Shown: piece after piece, positions 26,902 to 40,728 of the stretch
Numbering within the stretch: the first letter of the stretch is position 1
How the letters are laid out: each line of letters starts with the position of its first letter
NCBI GenBank assembly: GCA_003344405.1
Contig: NOWV01000301.1
Span: 1-58,346 of the forward strand
DNA from: Trichoplax sp. H2
Lineage: Eukaryota
Reading direction: 5' to 3'
Length of the DNA: 58,346 bases
Program-made: the position numbers and the translations under genes
The notes under the pieces: generated by a model
Database searches by the model: none
What the model was told of the DNA's origin: nothing
Seen by the model: the letters and a program-made list of their open reading frames with translations, nothing else

Positions 26902-29900
26902 ATTTACCTGTGTATAATCAGACAAGCAAAAACTACATCAGTTAGGGGCCGGTTGATACTGTATGGAAAATATCAACAATGTGATACAGGCTCATCAGGG
27001 GAAAGTATACAAAATTAGCTAGACTAAATAGCCGATGACTGATGGACTCCAATATCACTTTGAAATCATTCACTATCAAAATCGAATTTATTTTTCTTTA
27101 AATGATAAAATTTATGATGGAAATTTGATATACTGTACGTGTCATGAACAGATTCAAGTCTAACTCAAGTTTCCACAATATCGGTTAGAAAGAAAACGTT
27201 TCATGACTTCAAATGAATGCCAGACAAATCATTCTAAACTTCTAGACTTCATTGATTACATAGGGTTACTGTATAATCAATTCTTCTTTTTTTTTAACTG
27301 TAATGATCGATTTTTGGGGTATTTCTTTCTTCAAGTCGTTGCTATTTTATTAAAAGTATCTATACTACGAGATAAGTATAGTTGAATATCCATTATCAAT
27401 TATCACTGACGACTTGCTATCTAAAACTTCGAGATGATCACGTATTTTATTCTACCAATGGATCGATATTGATCCATGTTCATCTACAAGTATAACTCGC
27501 TATCAGACTATCTAATGGAGTGGATCAAAACTGGGGAAAAAATCCATTAAATACTATCCACCGTTAGTAGAAGTCAATCTCTAGTCAGTAAGTATGCTAG
27601 TAGCGCATTTTAATCACATAGGCATCGAGTAAATTACAAATCAGGTTATCACGCTAATGTCGACTGGATGTTGACGATAAAAATCCATTCCCTTCAAAAA
27701 AGACGGCCTGACTTTTTCATCATCGTTATCATCGGCCCCAATAAACAAACTATCGTATCTAATCTAGTTTCAATGTGCATTTTTAGCCTTTTATCCTCCA
27801 CTTACTGTTATCAATTTTCAAATAGGCCACTAGTAACTTCCAAGATGGAACAAATTGCAATTTAAGCAAAGTCTTTTTCCACTTTTTTTTTTTCTAGACG
27901 TCTTGCTAGTGATGCTTCTTCTTTTTAATATGGAAAAGTAGCTGTGTCACTGATCTAAATTCAATGGTTTCATCAAGTGTTTGTATTCCTATCACTCGGT
28001 TGCTATGCTAGCAACAAACAAACTATTGTCTAACTTGGTTGGTCAAGTTTCACGTGATTGACCGACGTTAACAACGCATAGAGTGGTTGGAAAGGGAGGA
28101 AAGATGATTTGCATTTTGTCTAAGCCTTGTTACTATACAATAATCTCTTGCTTTTCGCTAAGCATGGAGGCCTATTCGATCCATTTTAAATCAATTATTG
28201 ACGCATCAGTGAGTCAATGGATATGATCAACAGTAATGACTCCTTCTATAGCCTATTATGATAGCCGTAATTATTATTTTAACTACTTATTGTTGTCGTT
28301 TTCTTCGATGCCATTGCTCTCCACTTGATACAACAGTTGTAAGCCAATAGTGGGGTAAGTCTTCTACACTAGGATAGTAGTCAATGGCGATGGCTTAGAT
28401 TTCGTCGGGGTCTGGCCTATACAAATACAACCTCTTCGATGAGCCCTACCCCTGCGGCAAATAGATGACGAACAGAGTTATTTTTATATCATCGACGTAA
28501 AAGGCAAGACAATCACCTCCTCAATTGGATTGCATTCTGTAGACTACTAGGTAGAAAATGACTCTACAGATGAGGCAAACAATCCATTTACAACTTCATA
28601 AATTCATCGTAATCAGCGAGAAAATGCGCAATAGAATGGATCACATTCAACGACTTATTTCCTATCTTGACATACAGATAGTAACAGACATTTTTACGGG
28701 AGAATCATGCCGTATAATAACTCATACAGTATAGCGTTCTGTTTTTCAATCAACATAAACAAGGTTGTCTTTTTTTTTTTCCATCATTCGTGGATACCGT
28801 TTGTCATGAGACAACGATTCTTTCTATAAAAATTGATCAAAACTTGAAAGAACATCAAAAATTAATCCTTTTTCAACCTTGACAATCATTTAATTTTTAA
28901 ACTGTATAATTTCTCTTCGGAACAGAATGCTCAATCAATTAAAATGGCCGTTATGTTGAAACCATTTTATCCCACGATAGAAATAATCAATACAATCCAT
29001 AATATATGTTGTTGGTCATTGTACTGTATATTCCTGAGAGTCTACGTCGACGTAGTAACCTCGATTATCTTTGAAGCAGAATGATAAAATACGATGATCC
29101 ATCATGTAATCATTTGGATAACAACAACGACAAAAGAGTTTCCATGTATCTTTCTGAAACGAATTAATTAAAATTGTAATTAACTGATTAAAGGGCATAC
29201 TGTAATTAATAATGAGTCATTTCTTCTTCATTATAACACGATATTTCAGTCAGTTAATTCACCGGTCTATTTACCATCACTAAAAAATAGCCAACAATAA
29301 TTTCCTATCAATCCATCCGCTACTTTTGATTAATTACTCAAAGTAATAAACCTTGATACTACAATATAAGGGCATTCAATAAAATGGTGATTTATTATCC
29401 ATATATGTGACGTATGAATTCATCTTGGAAAGGTCGAAGACATCGATTAGGTTCGATTAGACCACAAAGCTTACACTATAGCAAACTGTGTGAACAATTT
29501 CACACCAAAAGGAATTATAAAAATTGACACTCTACTACACCGGATAGACAGAACTCGTATCGCTATTTCGTACGACTTGCTTTTACGTTAGTTGATATTT
29601 GCTTCTAATGATACATACTAATACCGTTGATAATTGATCGATTCTATGCAAACTGACACTGATTTGGGTCTAGTAGCAAATAAAATGTCTTATAAGAATG
29701 GCTATTGCTTCATGGTTACATTTCCAGCCTTAATCGTAATGTAGCTCCTTCATTTCTATATTAATGATTAATAACTCAATAACTATTAATATTCCAAGTA
29801 CAACTATCCTAATGCTAATTCATAATCACTGTATACACTTAGGGAATGATATGATGACTAACCTATTAGTTAGCCTACTGCTAATGCATCACTAGGGATC

Positions 29901-32176
29901 TCCGCCAAATACGTAACTAGGTATCACTATAGCAACGGATAATTTATAGTACCCCCTTAAAAAGTAAATAATAGACAACTTGATTGCTTTGGTAATTTTG
30001 CCATACTGAACTACGAATTTTTAAGGTCATCCAAAATAAGTTTACGACAGATTATAAACTTGTAGTAAATAATAAGCAATCGACAACGGTAAGTTTCTTA
30101 CAAGACTTCAAGTACTGTACATCGTAGCCTATTGCTTTCATTATGATGAATGGCTTAAAGCTATATTAAATTTGTTACTACAAGTAGCTATTTCAATACA
30201 TTGCCCTATTCTAATGGATAAATAATAATAAAACATAAAGATCATATCCTATCGAGTTATAGTATTACTAAAAAAAGTTATCATAAATCGATCTAGCACA
30301 TTTATGACTGCTCGTAATACCATAATCTTCTCGTAGAAACCTGGATACAATTTTAAACACATATATGTGGATATTGGTCATGTGTAAAAACATTCTTGTC
30401 ATGGCAGGCCGTTTACGTTATATAAGCAAGTGAAAAGATTACAATCCCTTCATCATGTTGCATTCCCTTCTTAACTACTCATTATTTATCGCATCAGTTC
30501 TTCATAACAAATAATAGCGAGAATAGGACATTGCGTATTCTGTGAGTGGAGAGATTATATTGCAAATAAGTTGGCTGGTATGGCCTCACTACATATTCAA
30601 AATTACTTACGCGTAGATATTATATGATGTACAGAAATACTTTTGTTAAAAAATATTACAGGGCAGCGTTGCATCTAATTTTATTAAGAGATTTAAATTA
30701 GCTGAGAATACATACTGGCTTCTTCTCTCAGGCGTTAAAAGTTATTACTATTGGAGAAGGCTTATATTTATTATCGGCATGTAACGACAATTCATTATAT
30801 TCTAACTCAAAAATTAAATCACAACTTTATTTAGAAAGTATTCTATAACAATGTTATGTTAAATACTATACTTATAGGAAGGTTAGTTTGGTATGTAGCT
30901 ATGAGGACTTTCATCAATGGTTTCACAAAATACTATATAATCAATTGTAATCTAGTCGACTCACAATTTATGATTTTCAGTTCTGTTGTCATTAGTCCAT
31001 AATTAATACAGATTAAGGCTAGAAAAATATAAATAAGAATAAAAATAAATTCTAGGAGTCACAATGACTAAGCATAGCAACATATTCACTATATTTATTT
31101 AAGAAGGTATAACATCAACATGATAATATAACTGGTAACAATTTATCAATCAATTCCTTAGCACCATCATTATTGGTTGTTTTATAACAGTTATTAAATG
31201 CAAACAGTAATACAATAATTTCACCATTGATGATTTGATTCATTAAGCTGTAGACAATGCAACCATTAATATTCTACTAACCTAAGCAAGCACCGTGAGT
31301 AGTATAACTATTATAGATTATCATTTCGCTCTGAAATTTTTCCTATACTGTATGATACCGGGGTAGGTAATGTATAATGCCGAACTGCAAACCTTAAACT
31401 ACCAAAACTCATACACAAAATAGTAATATTCTATAAAATTGGTTAATGCTTAATTTGTTATTTCAAGTAATAGCTTTACCGATCTATAGCATACTATTGT
31501 ACCTAATTCTAGCAATTTGACATTGTAATTGACCTTCTATTAGTCTATAATACCTGAAAGTTAATAATCAAATAACGATTGATTTTAATAATCGAAATTG
31601 GGTTTCCTATTGTGTTACCATGGTGACCAATTATTTACTCTACTACATTAATGCGGATCGATTGCCTGCTAGAAGTTTGTGTCGAAATTGTTAATTATGT
31701 CAATTAAGTAATAGTTAACTAGAAGAAAAGGTACCATGTTGCAAATTTATCACTGTTCTTTCAATTACTGTAAAATTGATCCAACTATGATATGTACTGT
31801 ATAGTCTAATTGATTCTTGATTAGTTACTCATTCTCCATATTCTGCGCTGCATAAACGATATGCTAAAAACTCTAATAAACAGTTATACTATATAATTAA
31901 TAACTTATCTGTACTTTTAGCATATAATGATAACAGGTAAGACGATGATCACTGTTACATCCTACTCAACAAAGTAATCATAGTTTTTGAGCTCATATTT
32001 TCATTTCAGTAAATCTCAATAGTAAATTTAGCCGAATCTAAAATGCAATATTCATATCAAGTACAAAAACTAAACAGCAAGAGCTTCAATCCGAGAAATA
32101 CAATTATCAGCGTTTACTTTTATTTCTTCAGCATGATTTTCTAAAGTTAATTGGCTATTAAGACTTTTGAACTTAC

Positions 32177-32210
32177 CGTATGAAAAAGTGATCTTATTCA
32201 GCTAGTTTGC
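32177..32210 (-). other. Probable 34-nt non-coding 5'UTR exon of the CAP-domain gene
   Basis: On the minus strand it is flanked by acceptor CTTTTAG and donor G|GTAAGT. A further strong donor (AAG|GTAAGT) lies at 33984, and an acceptor (ACACAG) lies 7 nt upstream of ATG 26901. Confidence 0.45.
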
Positions 32211-34924
32211 CTAAAAGCTTAACGAGAAATATCGTAGAGTTAAGAACTATCGATAATAGCTATGATATTTAGTAAAAATGAAGAGAGTAAATGTCAAATA
32301 GTGACCAATCTGCAGGTGAATAAAATCAATGAATAAGGATAATTAAGAAGTAACTATGTGTTAAAGTTCGTTTTTAAAATCTGACCTAATAACTCCGCCA
32401 TTCGGCAATTAGAAGAAACGATATGCGAGTTAATAACAAGATTTATCTAATTTTTAAATAATATTATCTTAAATCTAAGTGCAGGCAAATCCAGTCTAAA
32501 TCTGATGAGATCATTTTAAATACATAGCAACGTCTTAGATTCTAAGATTATAAGGAAAATGATAGTAAGATTAGTACCGTAGGAAGGAATATTAGTTAAA
32601 GTTGCGTTGTGAAGAAATTAACAACATAGTCCAACATATTTCTGTTCAAAATAAACCATTGTTGATTATTCATTTTATAACTCTGGTATAATTGCAGCTA
32701 CTATTGCTATGAACTATTTTACTAATCAACCTGTCTATCAAGCAGTTATCTAGGTAAAGTAGTTTGCTAGTTGTGGATTATCAGTCAATACTTACATTAT
32801 GTAATTAATCACTAATATCAATTCTTATTGAGCATACAATTTAGGATCATTAATGAATACGTACGTATACATACGATACCCTATTTAATTTCTGTTGGCG
32901 AAGCTATATTTAAGAACACTTGTTACAATGTTTATAAGTATTCAATAATTCGAGAAATAGAGTTGAGTTCATCTTAAAATTTATTCACTTTCTAAGTAAT
33001 GATGGATTCCAATATTTCATCTTTGAATACTGCATCGTTATTTACATTTACATTATTAATTATTAACACATGAGTGTCTTGTCGATACATACTTTATGCA
33101 TTTACATAAACCTGTTTCGTTGATACAGTTATACTGTATGATGTGGCTAATTCTTATCGCTGTGTGCGGTTACATTTTTACAAGATAACATGTACTAATG
33201 TACAAATATATAGTAAGGTCACCACATTCGAAATTTATTACAATTACTGCCCATATATATATATTACAAATGACAAATGAATAACTAAAATTTGCATGAC
33301 AGGCAGTCAATTTACATGGAACTTAAACACTAATGCACGCACGCCATGTAGCATGGTCTAGTAAACATACAATACATATACGTATATATATCAAGATAGT
33401 GTAAGTTTTACATTTAGTGAACGAGATTCATGTAATCTTGTGTTGATTTGTACAAATGTTAAACGCAAAAAGTTAACGGAAGATTAAACAGCTATGTAAA
33501 GGTGATTACAAAAGTTTTTAGAACAAAAAGCAAACATTATCCAAATATTTATATGGGGAAACGATCGAATAAGTTGAAATCACTGAGGTTCAGTTGAACA
33601 AATCTGAAATGATAGCCGTTGTATTTACAGAAATTGGTATCATAATTTTATACAGTATTTGCGAATATCCTAAATAATATAATCGCAATGTACGAAACAT
33701 GCAAATACTGGATCCCTTGATTTGTATTCCATTTGCATATCGCTATATCGTCTATACTGGCATATGCATAATTCCGAAAATACAGTATACATTTTATATG
33801 AATACACATATTCCTTGTTATAGTTAACTAAACATAGAAGAATACTGCCGCACAAGTAATACTTTTTCACTATTTACAGGTCTTAATCGTGGCAAGGTCT
33901 ACGCAATTCGATATCATATTCAGTTTTACGTATTCCGTATTAAATGCAAGAAAAGATTTATAAAACGAACATTTAATAACTTACCTTATGGTAAATAATA
34001 TGCTATATACAATAACTCAAGTAAAATCAACACAACATAACGAATTATCTTCAATACAGTTATCTTCTTGCCTATCTTTCACCTGAATTACAACAATTTC
34101 TAGTACAGTTTCTATAATGCAGTAATATACTATGGACTTTCACGCTTTACATCGAGTAACTTTAAACGCGTACAGAGACATTCAAAGAAGGCATTATTAT
34201 ACACACACGTCATTCATCAACATTAATGTCGAATGGAAATCATATAATTACAGATCTCATGTGCCACATGATATTCAGGGGCACAATTTTCGACCATTTG
34301 CAAGTCCAGTTACGCTAGAAATCGAATACTGTACTGTATGTACTTTTATGCATCATATCTCTAATCTGGATACTTTTCTGACAGGATGACATAATGAAAG
34401 ATCAAACTATACGTAAGAAACCCTTCACCATGCGCAACGTTGGAAACAATTGTTTGCAAGACAATTTCTATACCCCGAAATTCATTACTGAGGAAGGAAT
34501 TAAGACTTTGATCTTGGCACTTCATATAAAAAGAATGCTCATGAATTGTCGTGTTTCTCAGTAAAAGTTACATATATTTGCAACAATGAAGAGCACTAAC
34601 GTGCGCAAATATTTCGTATCATTGGTGAAGTGTTATACTGTACACTTTGAGATTAATTCTATTTAGCTATATATATTTATATTAACAGGTACTGCATACA
34701 AAACAGATTTCGGCGATAACAAAAAGTCTTGATACAACCAATAATACATTGAAATATATATTTTACATCAGTCTGGTGGTATTTCTTATAATTTTTCTAG
34801 TATCTCAGAGTATACGATGTCGACATTGCCTTATCATCCCCCAATTGATAAAATCTTACAGACATGTAAGTGAACATGTAACGGAATAGGAAACCACATC
34901 AAGAAAATATCATTCATTTAGCAA

Positions 34925-37900
34925 TCAAAATTGACTGCCAGCTGAGCTCAAGTTGCTTCCGTAAGAAGAACTATGGCGAATGGTAGGACGTACTTGTTTA
35001 TCCTAAATAGTGAAATGACATTAAATATATTTCAATTTTGAGCTGAAGCTACTACAAAAGCCATTTTCTCTTCATGAATATTACACATACCGTACCATGT
35101 GGTGGAGGAGATTTAGGAACAGTAATACCTGAAGAAGGTATAACTCCTGGATTAGCTGGCTTCACTTGCGATCCAGTAATTGACTGGTTGCTACCTCTTG
35201 CTGAGTGCACTGTGAATTGTCTGCCACTTTCTAATGACGAATTATTCGTTGCTACAACTGATTTGTTACCTGATTGGGCCTCTAATCTTTCTTCCTTTCG
35301 TTTCTGTCTTTTTAAGTTTTTATACCATAATTCGTGGCAATCCTGACTTGGAAAACTAATAATAGAGGAAGATAACAAATTATCACGATACCATTAAAGT
35401 AAAATTACAACTATACGTTCAATATAGACTTTCGTTATTAACTTACTTTGGTAAATTTTGAGGGGTTGATGGAGCATCACGAATAAAGGGATGCTGTAAT
35501 GATTGTTCAGCGTTGTATCTCATTGAAGGATCAAGTATGAGCATGTATTGCATTAAATCGACAGCTAACTCGGGCAAGCTGCAAGAATACATTGGCAAGA
35601 TATTCGAAAGGAATCGAGCATGAGTATAGAATATGATAGCCGGTGATAATAAACATCTAAGCAAAGCATACTCATGAAATTCTTGTTCTAATCGTCTTTC
35701 ATATTTTCGTAATTTAAAGTTGTTATAGTAAGGAAGTTCAACTACAGAGGGCCAGTTTTCTGGACATGGCGTACCACATATTTGGCTATTTGGTACAATC
35801 ATGGTAAAGTAATATCACAATTAGATGTTGTCAATACGGATCAATATGTCATTGAACGATCACCTACCTAATTAAATCTAACTGATTAATTTCCGAATTT
35901 GCTTGAAATATTGGCTTTTTCGTAAAGAATTCACCCAAAATGCACCTTTTTGATCAAAAGAGTTGTATTTTTTTACCAAATTACCGTAAGTATTTATTAA
36001 CGTTGCCTAACATCATACATACCCGCAACTCCAAACATCAACGGAAGGTCCATAACGCTCTTCTCCAAGTAATAATTCTGGTGGACGATACCATAACGTT
36101 ATAACTTTATTTGTATACGGGCGACTATCGATGTGATAAAAAATAATGATACATAAAATGAGATCTTTTTCAACGAAGCTTATTTAGGAATGTAGCATCG
36201 ATAAGATCATTACCTTTTATCGTCCGGATTGTAGAATCTTGCCAGACCAAAATCAGCAATTTTAATTTGACCCCTTTGGGAATAAAAGCGGCCTTGATTA
36301 GTTTTATTGCCTACTTTAGGTGGAAAAGCTGTAACAGTATTGCCCCAAAAAAGTTCTTACTTATTATTCATTAGTAAATTGGAACATTTGATATCTCGAT
36401 GCAATAGCTGGCGCTTATGACAATAATTTAAGCCTTCCATGATTTGCCTCATAAACGATCTTATATGTTCCTCATCAAAAGTGACCAGACCAGATTCTAA
36501 CAGGCCCATTAGGTCATGATCCATATATTCAAATACTAGATAGAAAGCACCTATAGAGAGTACAATAGGTGGATTCTACGTTAATGAACTAGAGCTATTG
36601 ACTATCGCATATTATTCAGTATAATTCAATCTTACATCGATCAGTTTTAAAATTATTAGCGTCAACGTTTGAGACTATCCCTAACAGGTTCACGATACTT
36701 TGATGATTCAGTTGTTTAAGTATTTTGATTTCACGGACTGCAGTAATGGGAAATCCTTCTCTTTCATGATCCGTGCGGACTTTTTTCAAGGCAACTAGCT
36801 TATCTGGTAGTAAAAAAAAGAAAGCATGAGGTTGTATTAGGATTATTCTTTTCAAGATAGACACTTGTAGGATAAAATAGGATTGATATTACTGCAACAA
36901 TATCGAGTGAGTGATTTTATGATCTTTGTATCAGCTGTCTATTTCATAAGCAACGCTATCTTACGCTACAACGTGGTCAAACAAGTTACCAGTATCTTTA
37001 ATTTTAGCTTTGAAAACTTGACCATAAGTTCCTTCACCAATTTGCTTCAGAATATCAAATAATTCATAACAACCGCGGCCTTTAAATTCAAAGTCGTAGG
37101 GTGGGGGTGAGAGATCGTCACTGATAGAAGATAACGGTTCTACAGGAAGTGGTACAATGCTTAATCGATCTTTCTTGACCGTTTTACTTGCTTCATTTGG
37201 AGATGGAGGTAAAGGTGGCGGGATATCAGGTAATGGAGGTGGTTCCTCTTCGGGTGGTGGAGGTGGTGGTGGTGGTAGCGGCGGTGGTGGAGCAACGCTA
37301 GTCAATGCACTTGTAGAAGGTATTTTAGGCGTTGCTATGCTATTGGTCGATGGTATAGGCAGTTTGGTGGTAGAAGGAAGCGGTTGCTCTGGTGATTTCA
37401 ATTTTCGGCTTGGCTTATCATGGCTGATGGGAGATGCTTTCCTATGTTGAAGCTTTCTTGAAGAAGATTCGCTCTTATTACTGCCTTTGATATAGCGACC
37501 ATCTGCATCACTTGGGGGACTACGGTCAACATCGCTATCACTACCATAATCGTATGAATAATGACCACCTCGATCACTGGTACGCTTACTACTTGAAGAG
37601 GTTGCTGCTCCACGTCGATCATAAGACGATGTCCGATAATTAGTAGGAGAAGCTCGATAATTGGGTGGACTTCTATAGCTTGGTGAAGGGCTTCTACGAT
37701 TTCGATAGCTTGAATAGCGCCGACTACTTCTACTACTGCTACTATAATAAGGAGAACGTGAACGACTGCGTCGTCTTCTTGACGTAGAATTCCTATACCT
37801 AGAAGAATGATAGGATCGATCGTGGCTATGCTCTCGACGTCGACTCCTATAAGGTGATCGTGATCGATCCCTTGGTGAATAAGCTCTTCTACTTCGACGT

Positions 37901-38109
37901 GGCGAAGAATAATAATCTGAACTATGAGAGCGACGGTAGTCTCGCTTGCCTCGATTAGAATCGGAAGTACTGCTATCAGTGCATTCACCTGATGAAATAT
38001 CTTCGTAATAAGGATCATTTAACATGTCTTTATCAGCTTCATCGTTGCGTTTTTTCCTCTTTCTTTCATCATTTCGTTTCTCACTGGAATCCTCCGACGG
38101 TTGGCCCAT
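34925..38109 (-). CDS. CDK12/13: Cyclin-dependent kinase 12/13 (RS domain, poly-Pro, CTD kinase)
   Basis: Arg/Ser-rich N-terminus, poly-Pro, [123 protein letters not shown]. An in-frame upstream ATG at 38181 is an alternative start. Confidence 0.95.
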
Positions 38110-38279
38110 TCTACCTTCTTGAAGGATAAAATGGAGAATGAGGATGCTGAAAATGTTCAACTTTTCACTGTTAGAGCGCATGCGTAGTTTAGTTCAGCAC
38201 GCAAGGCCTCATAGCTCAACCAGAGCTGTCCTGGACTCTATTGTGTCTGTGTCTGGCCAGTAAGGTTTGGTAGAAAATG

Positions 38280-38820
38280 CTATGGCGTACAGTCCTGTAT
38301 GGCACATTCTATAGTCTATACTATGCAAAATCATTGCAGGACTCTTTTAACAGCAAAACCCCCTCGAGTACGGTTCGGTACGGTTCGGTACGGTACGTAG
38401 CTTTGACTTGCTCGTACTGCACACGTGCAGACAACGAGGTATACAGTACATTAAAATATCAATCTCCAAATCTTTCCAATTTTGGCTCGTGAACATCGAG
38501 ATTTCTTGTATCTCTATGGGCTCTTTACTATTTTAAGATACATATCATGCTTATTATTCCATGTATGTTACTTTAAAGCCAGGCATACACCAAAATTGCA
38601 AGTTTAATAGCAAGCAACTTTGCAAAATGATGTTTTGACCCAGTTGCACTGGCAAGGGGGCAGTCAGCAAACAACCGCTACACTAGAGACCACACCATAC
38701 ACTACTGTACACTAGAGTTGATACGGCTGCATCATACAGTATAGTGCCATACTGTACTCTACAGTATGATTGTATGTACAGTACAACACTGTTACAGTGT
38801 ACAGTACTGTGCACTGTAAG
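38280..38820. promoter_or_regulatory. CGGTA/TACTG/CAGTA pentamer tracts in the CDK12/13-YAE1 divergent intergenic region
   Basis: GTACGGTTCGGTACGGTTCGGTACGGTACG at 38368-38397 and TACTGTAC/TACAGT runs at 38696-38818, between two divergent ATGs. Confidence 0.55.
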
Positions 38821-39093
38821 CAAGGGCAACACACAAAGATCTCGACTGCCCAAACATGGAGTCGAGAAATGTCGATCAAAACTGCTACAATTAGTTGTTG
38901 ATGTAACTTCAAAGTTTGATGTAAGAATTCAGCTCATTGCCATCGATTACAAAGAGAACACTATCCTCATTCAGCTGGAGAGAAAGTTAACTGCTATCAT
39001 CACGAATTCATTCGTTTTCCATCCTATTTGCAGTCCTTTGATCATTATTATCGAGGAATGATACAGGTGTAAGCAATCACCTTCGTCGATGAG

Positions 39094-40469
39094 ATGGCTG
39101 AATCTTTGGAAGGCTCTCCTGCTGACGATGAGCTGCAAGTAGCAAACCGTGATTATGAGAAACTACTAACTGCATATGAAAATGTAAGTATAGACAGTAC
39201 ACAATCGAATTCAATGATAATGTGCACACGGTGTGCTCTATTCGTAGTCTCCGATTGGCACATTATTATTTCTGGCTATAGAATTATAGTTGGATTCGAG
39301 AAATCCGTAGTCTACTTGTCAGATGGATCAATATAGCTGCCAATGTTGATAGTGTTAGAGTATCGATCTTATTTCTAATGCAGTACGTATCAGCCGATAA
39401 ATTATTCTTTTGCAATACTAAATAATCAGCAATAAGATACTGTCCTTTCAAGTCATTGCATCCATGGTCTTCATAAAAATAAAAAATGATATTTCAATAC
39501 TTGGATTTATAACTACTGTGCTATATATACTGCCACGATTTCATCAGGTAGGATACAGTGATGGTGTTGTCGCCGGTGAAGATAGTGCTTTACAGCATGG
39601 ATTTAACCAGGGATTTGTCCAGGGATTTCGTCAAATGATGAAAATTACCAGAATAAAAGGCATGATAAGGTAGATGTTACCTGCTTAAAAGGATATGCAC
39701 AGGAAATACACATACAATACATCATTTAGTGAGCCATTGTCAATAGATTAATTTTGATACCATTTGAAATACTACTGTACCGTTTCTTTCATATTAATTG
39801 CTGTATGCAGTTCTTGTAGTAAAAATTAAATTTTTTTTAGCATCTCAGTGGTCTTGTATACAATTTATAGCTAGGCATAATAAGAATCCGTAGTGTTTCT
39901 TGCTATACTCACAGCAAACATTGATCAAAAGATTAAAAATGGATTCTTGGATCATTTTTATTAGTGCCTTGCAAGCTTACCAACAAAACGATGACGTTGG
40001 AATTAGACGTTCACCTACCGGCATTTCGAACATGGAAATATTACTTACTCGAATAACTGAACTAGAAACTACCACTATTCAAAATATTCAAAATATACCT
40101 AATGAATCCCGTCTTAAAGACAGTGGTAAAGATAATGAAAACACAAAAAGTAGCAGCAGCAACCAACTTGATAAATGCAATAAAACAAGTTGCTGTCGTG
40201 AATCCAATACGACAGCAGTAGATGATGATAATGATAACAATGATCGGAAAACCCAATATAGTTGTGGGAAAGAAAGTGGTTATGTTTGTAACAACGATGA
40301 GAAGGCAATTACGAAGAAGTGTGATAATTTGGCAGATGAAAGTGTAGAAAATAATTTGTCCAATTTAAATGAGGTATTAACGACTATAGTTGGTGAATTA
40401 AAACAAGTACTACAAGATTATGATATAAAAATATATAGCGCAATGGCGCAATTTCTAGATGTATCATAA
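39094..40469 (+). CDS. YAE1: YAE1 homolog (ABCE1/Rli1 Fe-S maturation adaptor)
   Basis: Exons 39094-39183, 39548-39669, 39965-40469. Deca-GX3-type motif VGYSDGVVAGEDSALQHGFNQGFVQGF, followed by RIKGMISAL. Confidence 0.88.
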
Positions 40470-40728
40470 ATACGTTATACAGAATATCTTGTAAAGCATT
40501 TTATGGCTGAATATTTCATGTTGAAATTGCATATGGGCGTATTATGCAGATTTTTTATTAAATTATAGATAAAATAATTACGGTACATTCAATTTTACAA
40601 CGAAATTTGTTGTTGATCATTTTCTTCTTTAAAGAATACATTTGTCTTGTAACGTTTTTGCAAATTTGGTGATGACTTTATATCATATTCAGCTGACAAT
40701 ATAAACAAAAACAAACCTGTGCTGAATT

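Noticed and set aside
28400..28475. GC-richer patch with CGATGAG...GGCAAA resembling a hammerhead ribozyme core
   Set aside because: Lacks the CTGANGA and GAAA consensus and has no convincing flanking stems.
37157..38018. Overlapping ORFs (Gly-rich + strand 97 aa; 206-aa alternate frame)
   Set aside because: Shadow frames of the low-complexity RS and poly-Pro region of CDK12/13.
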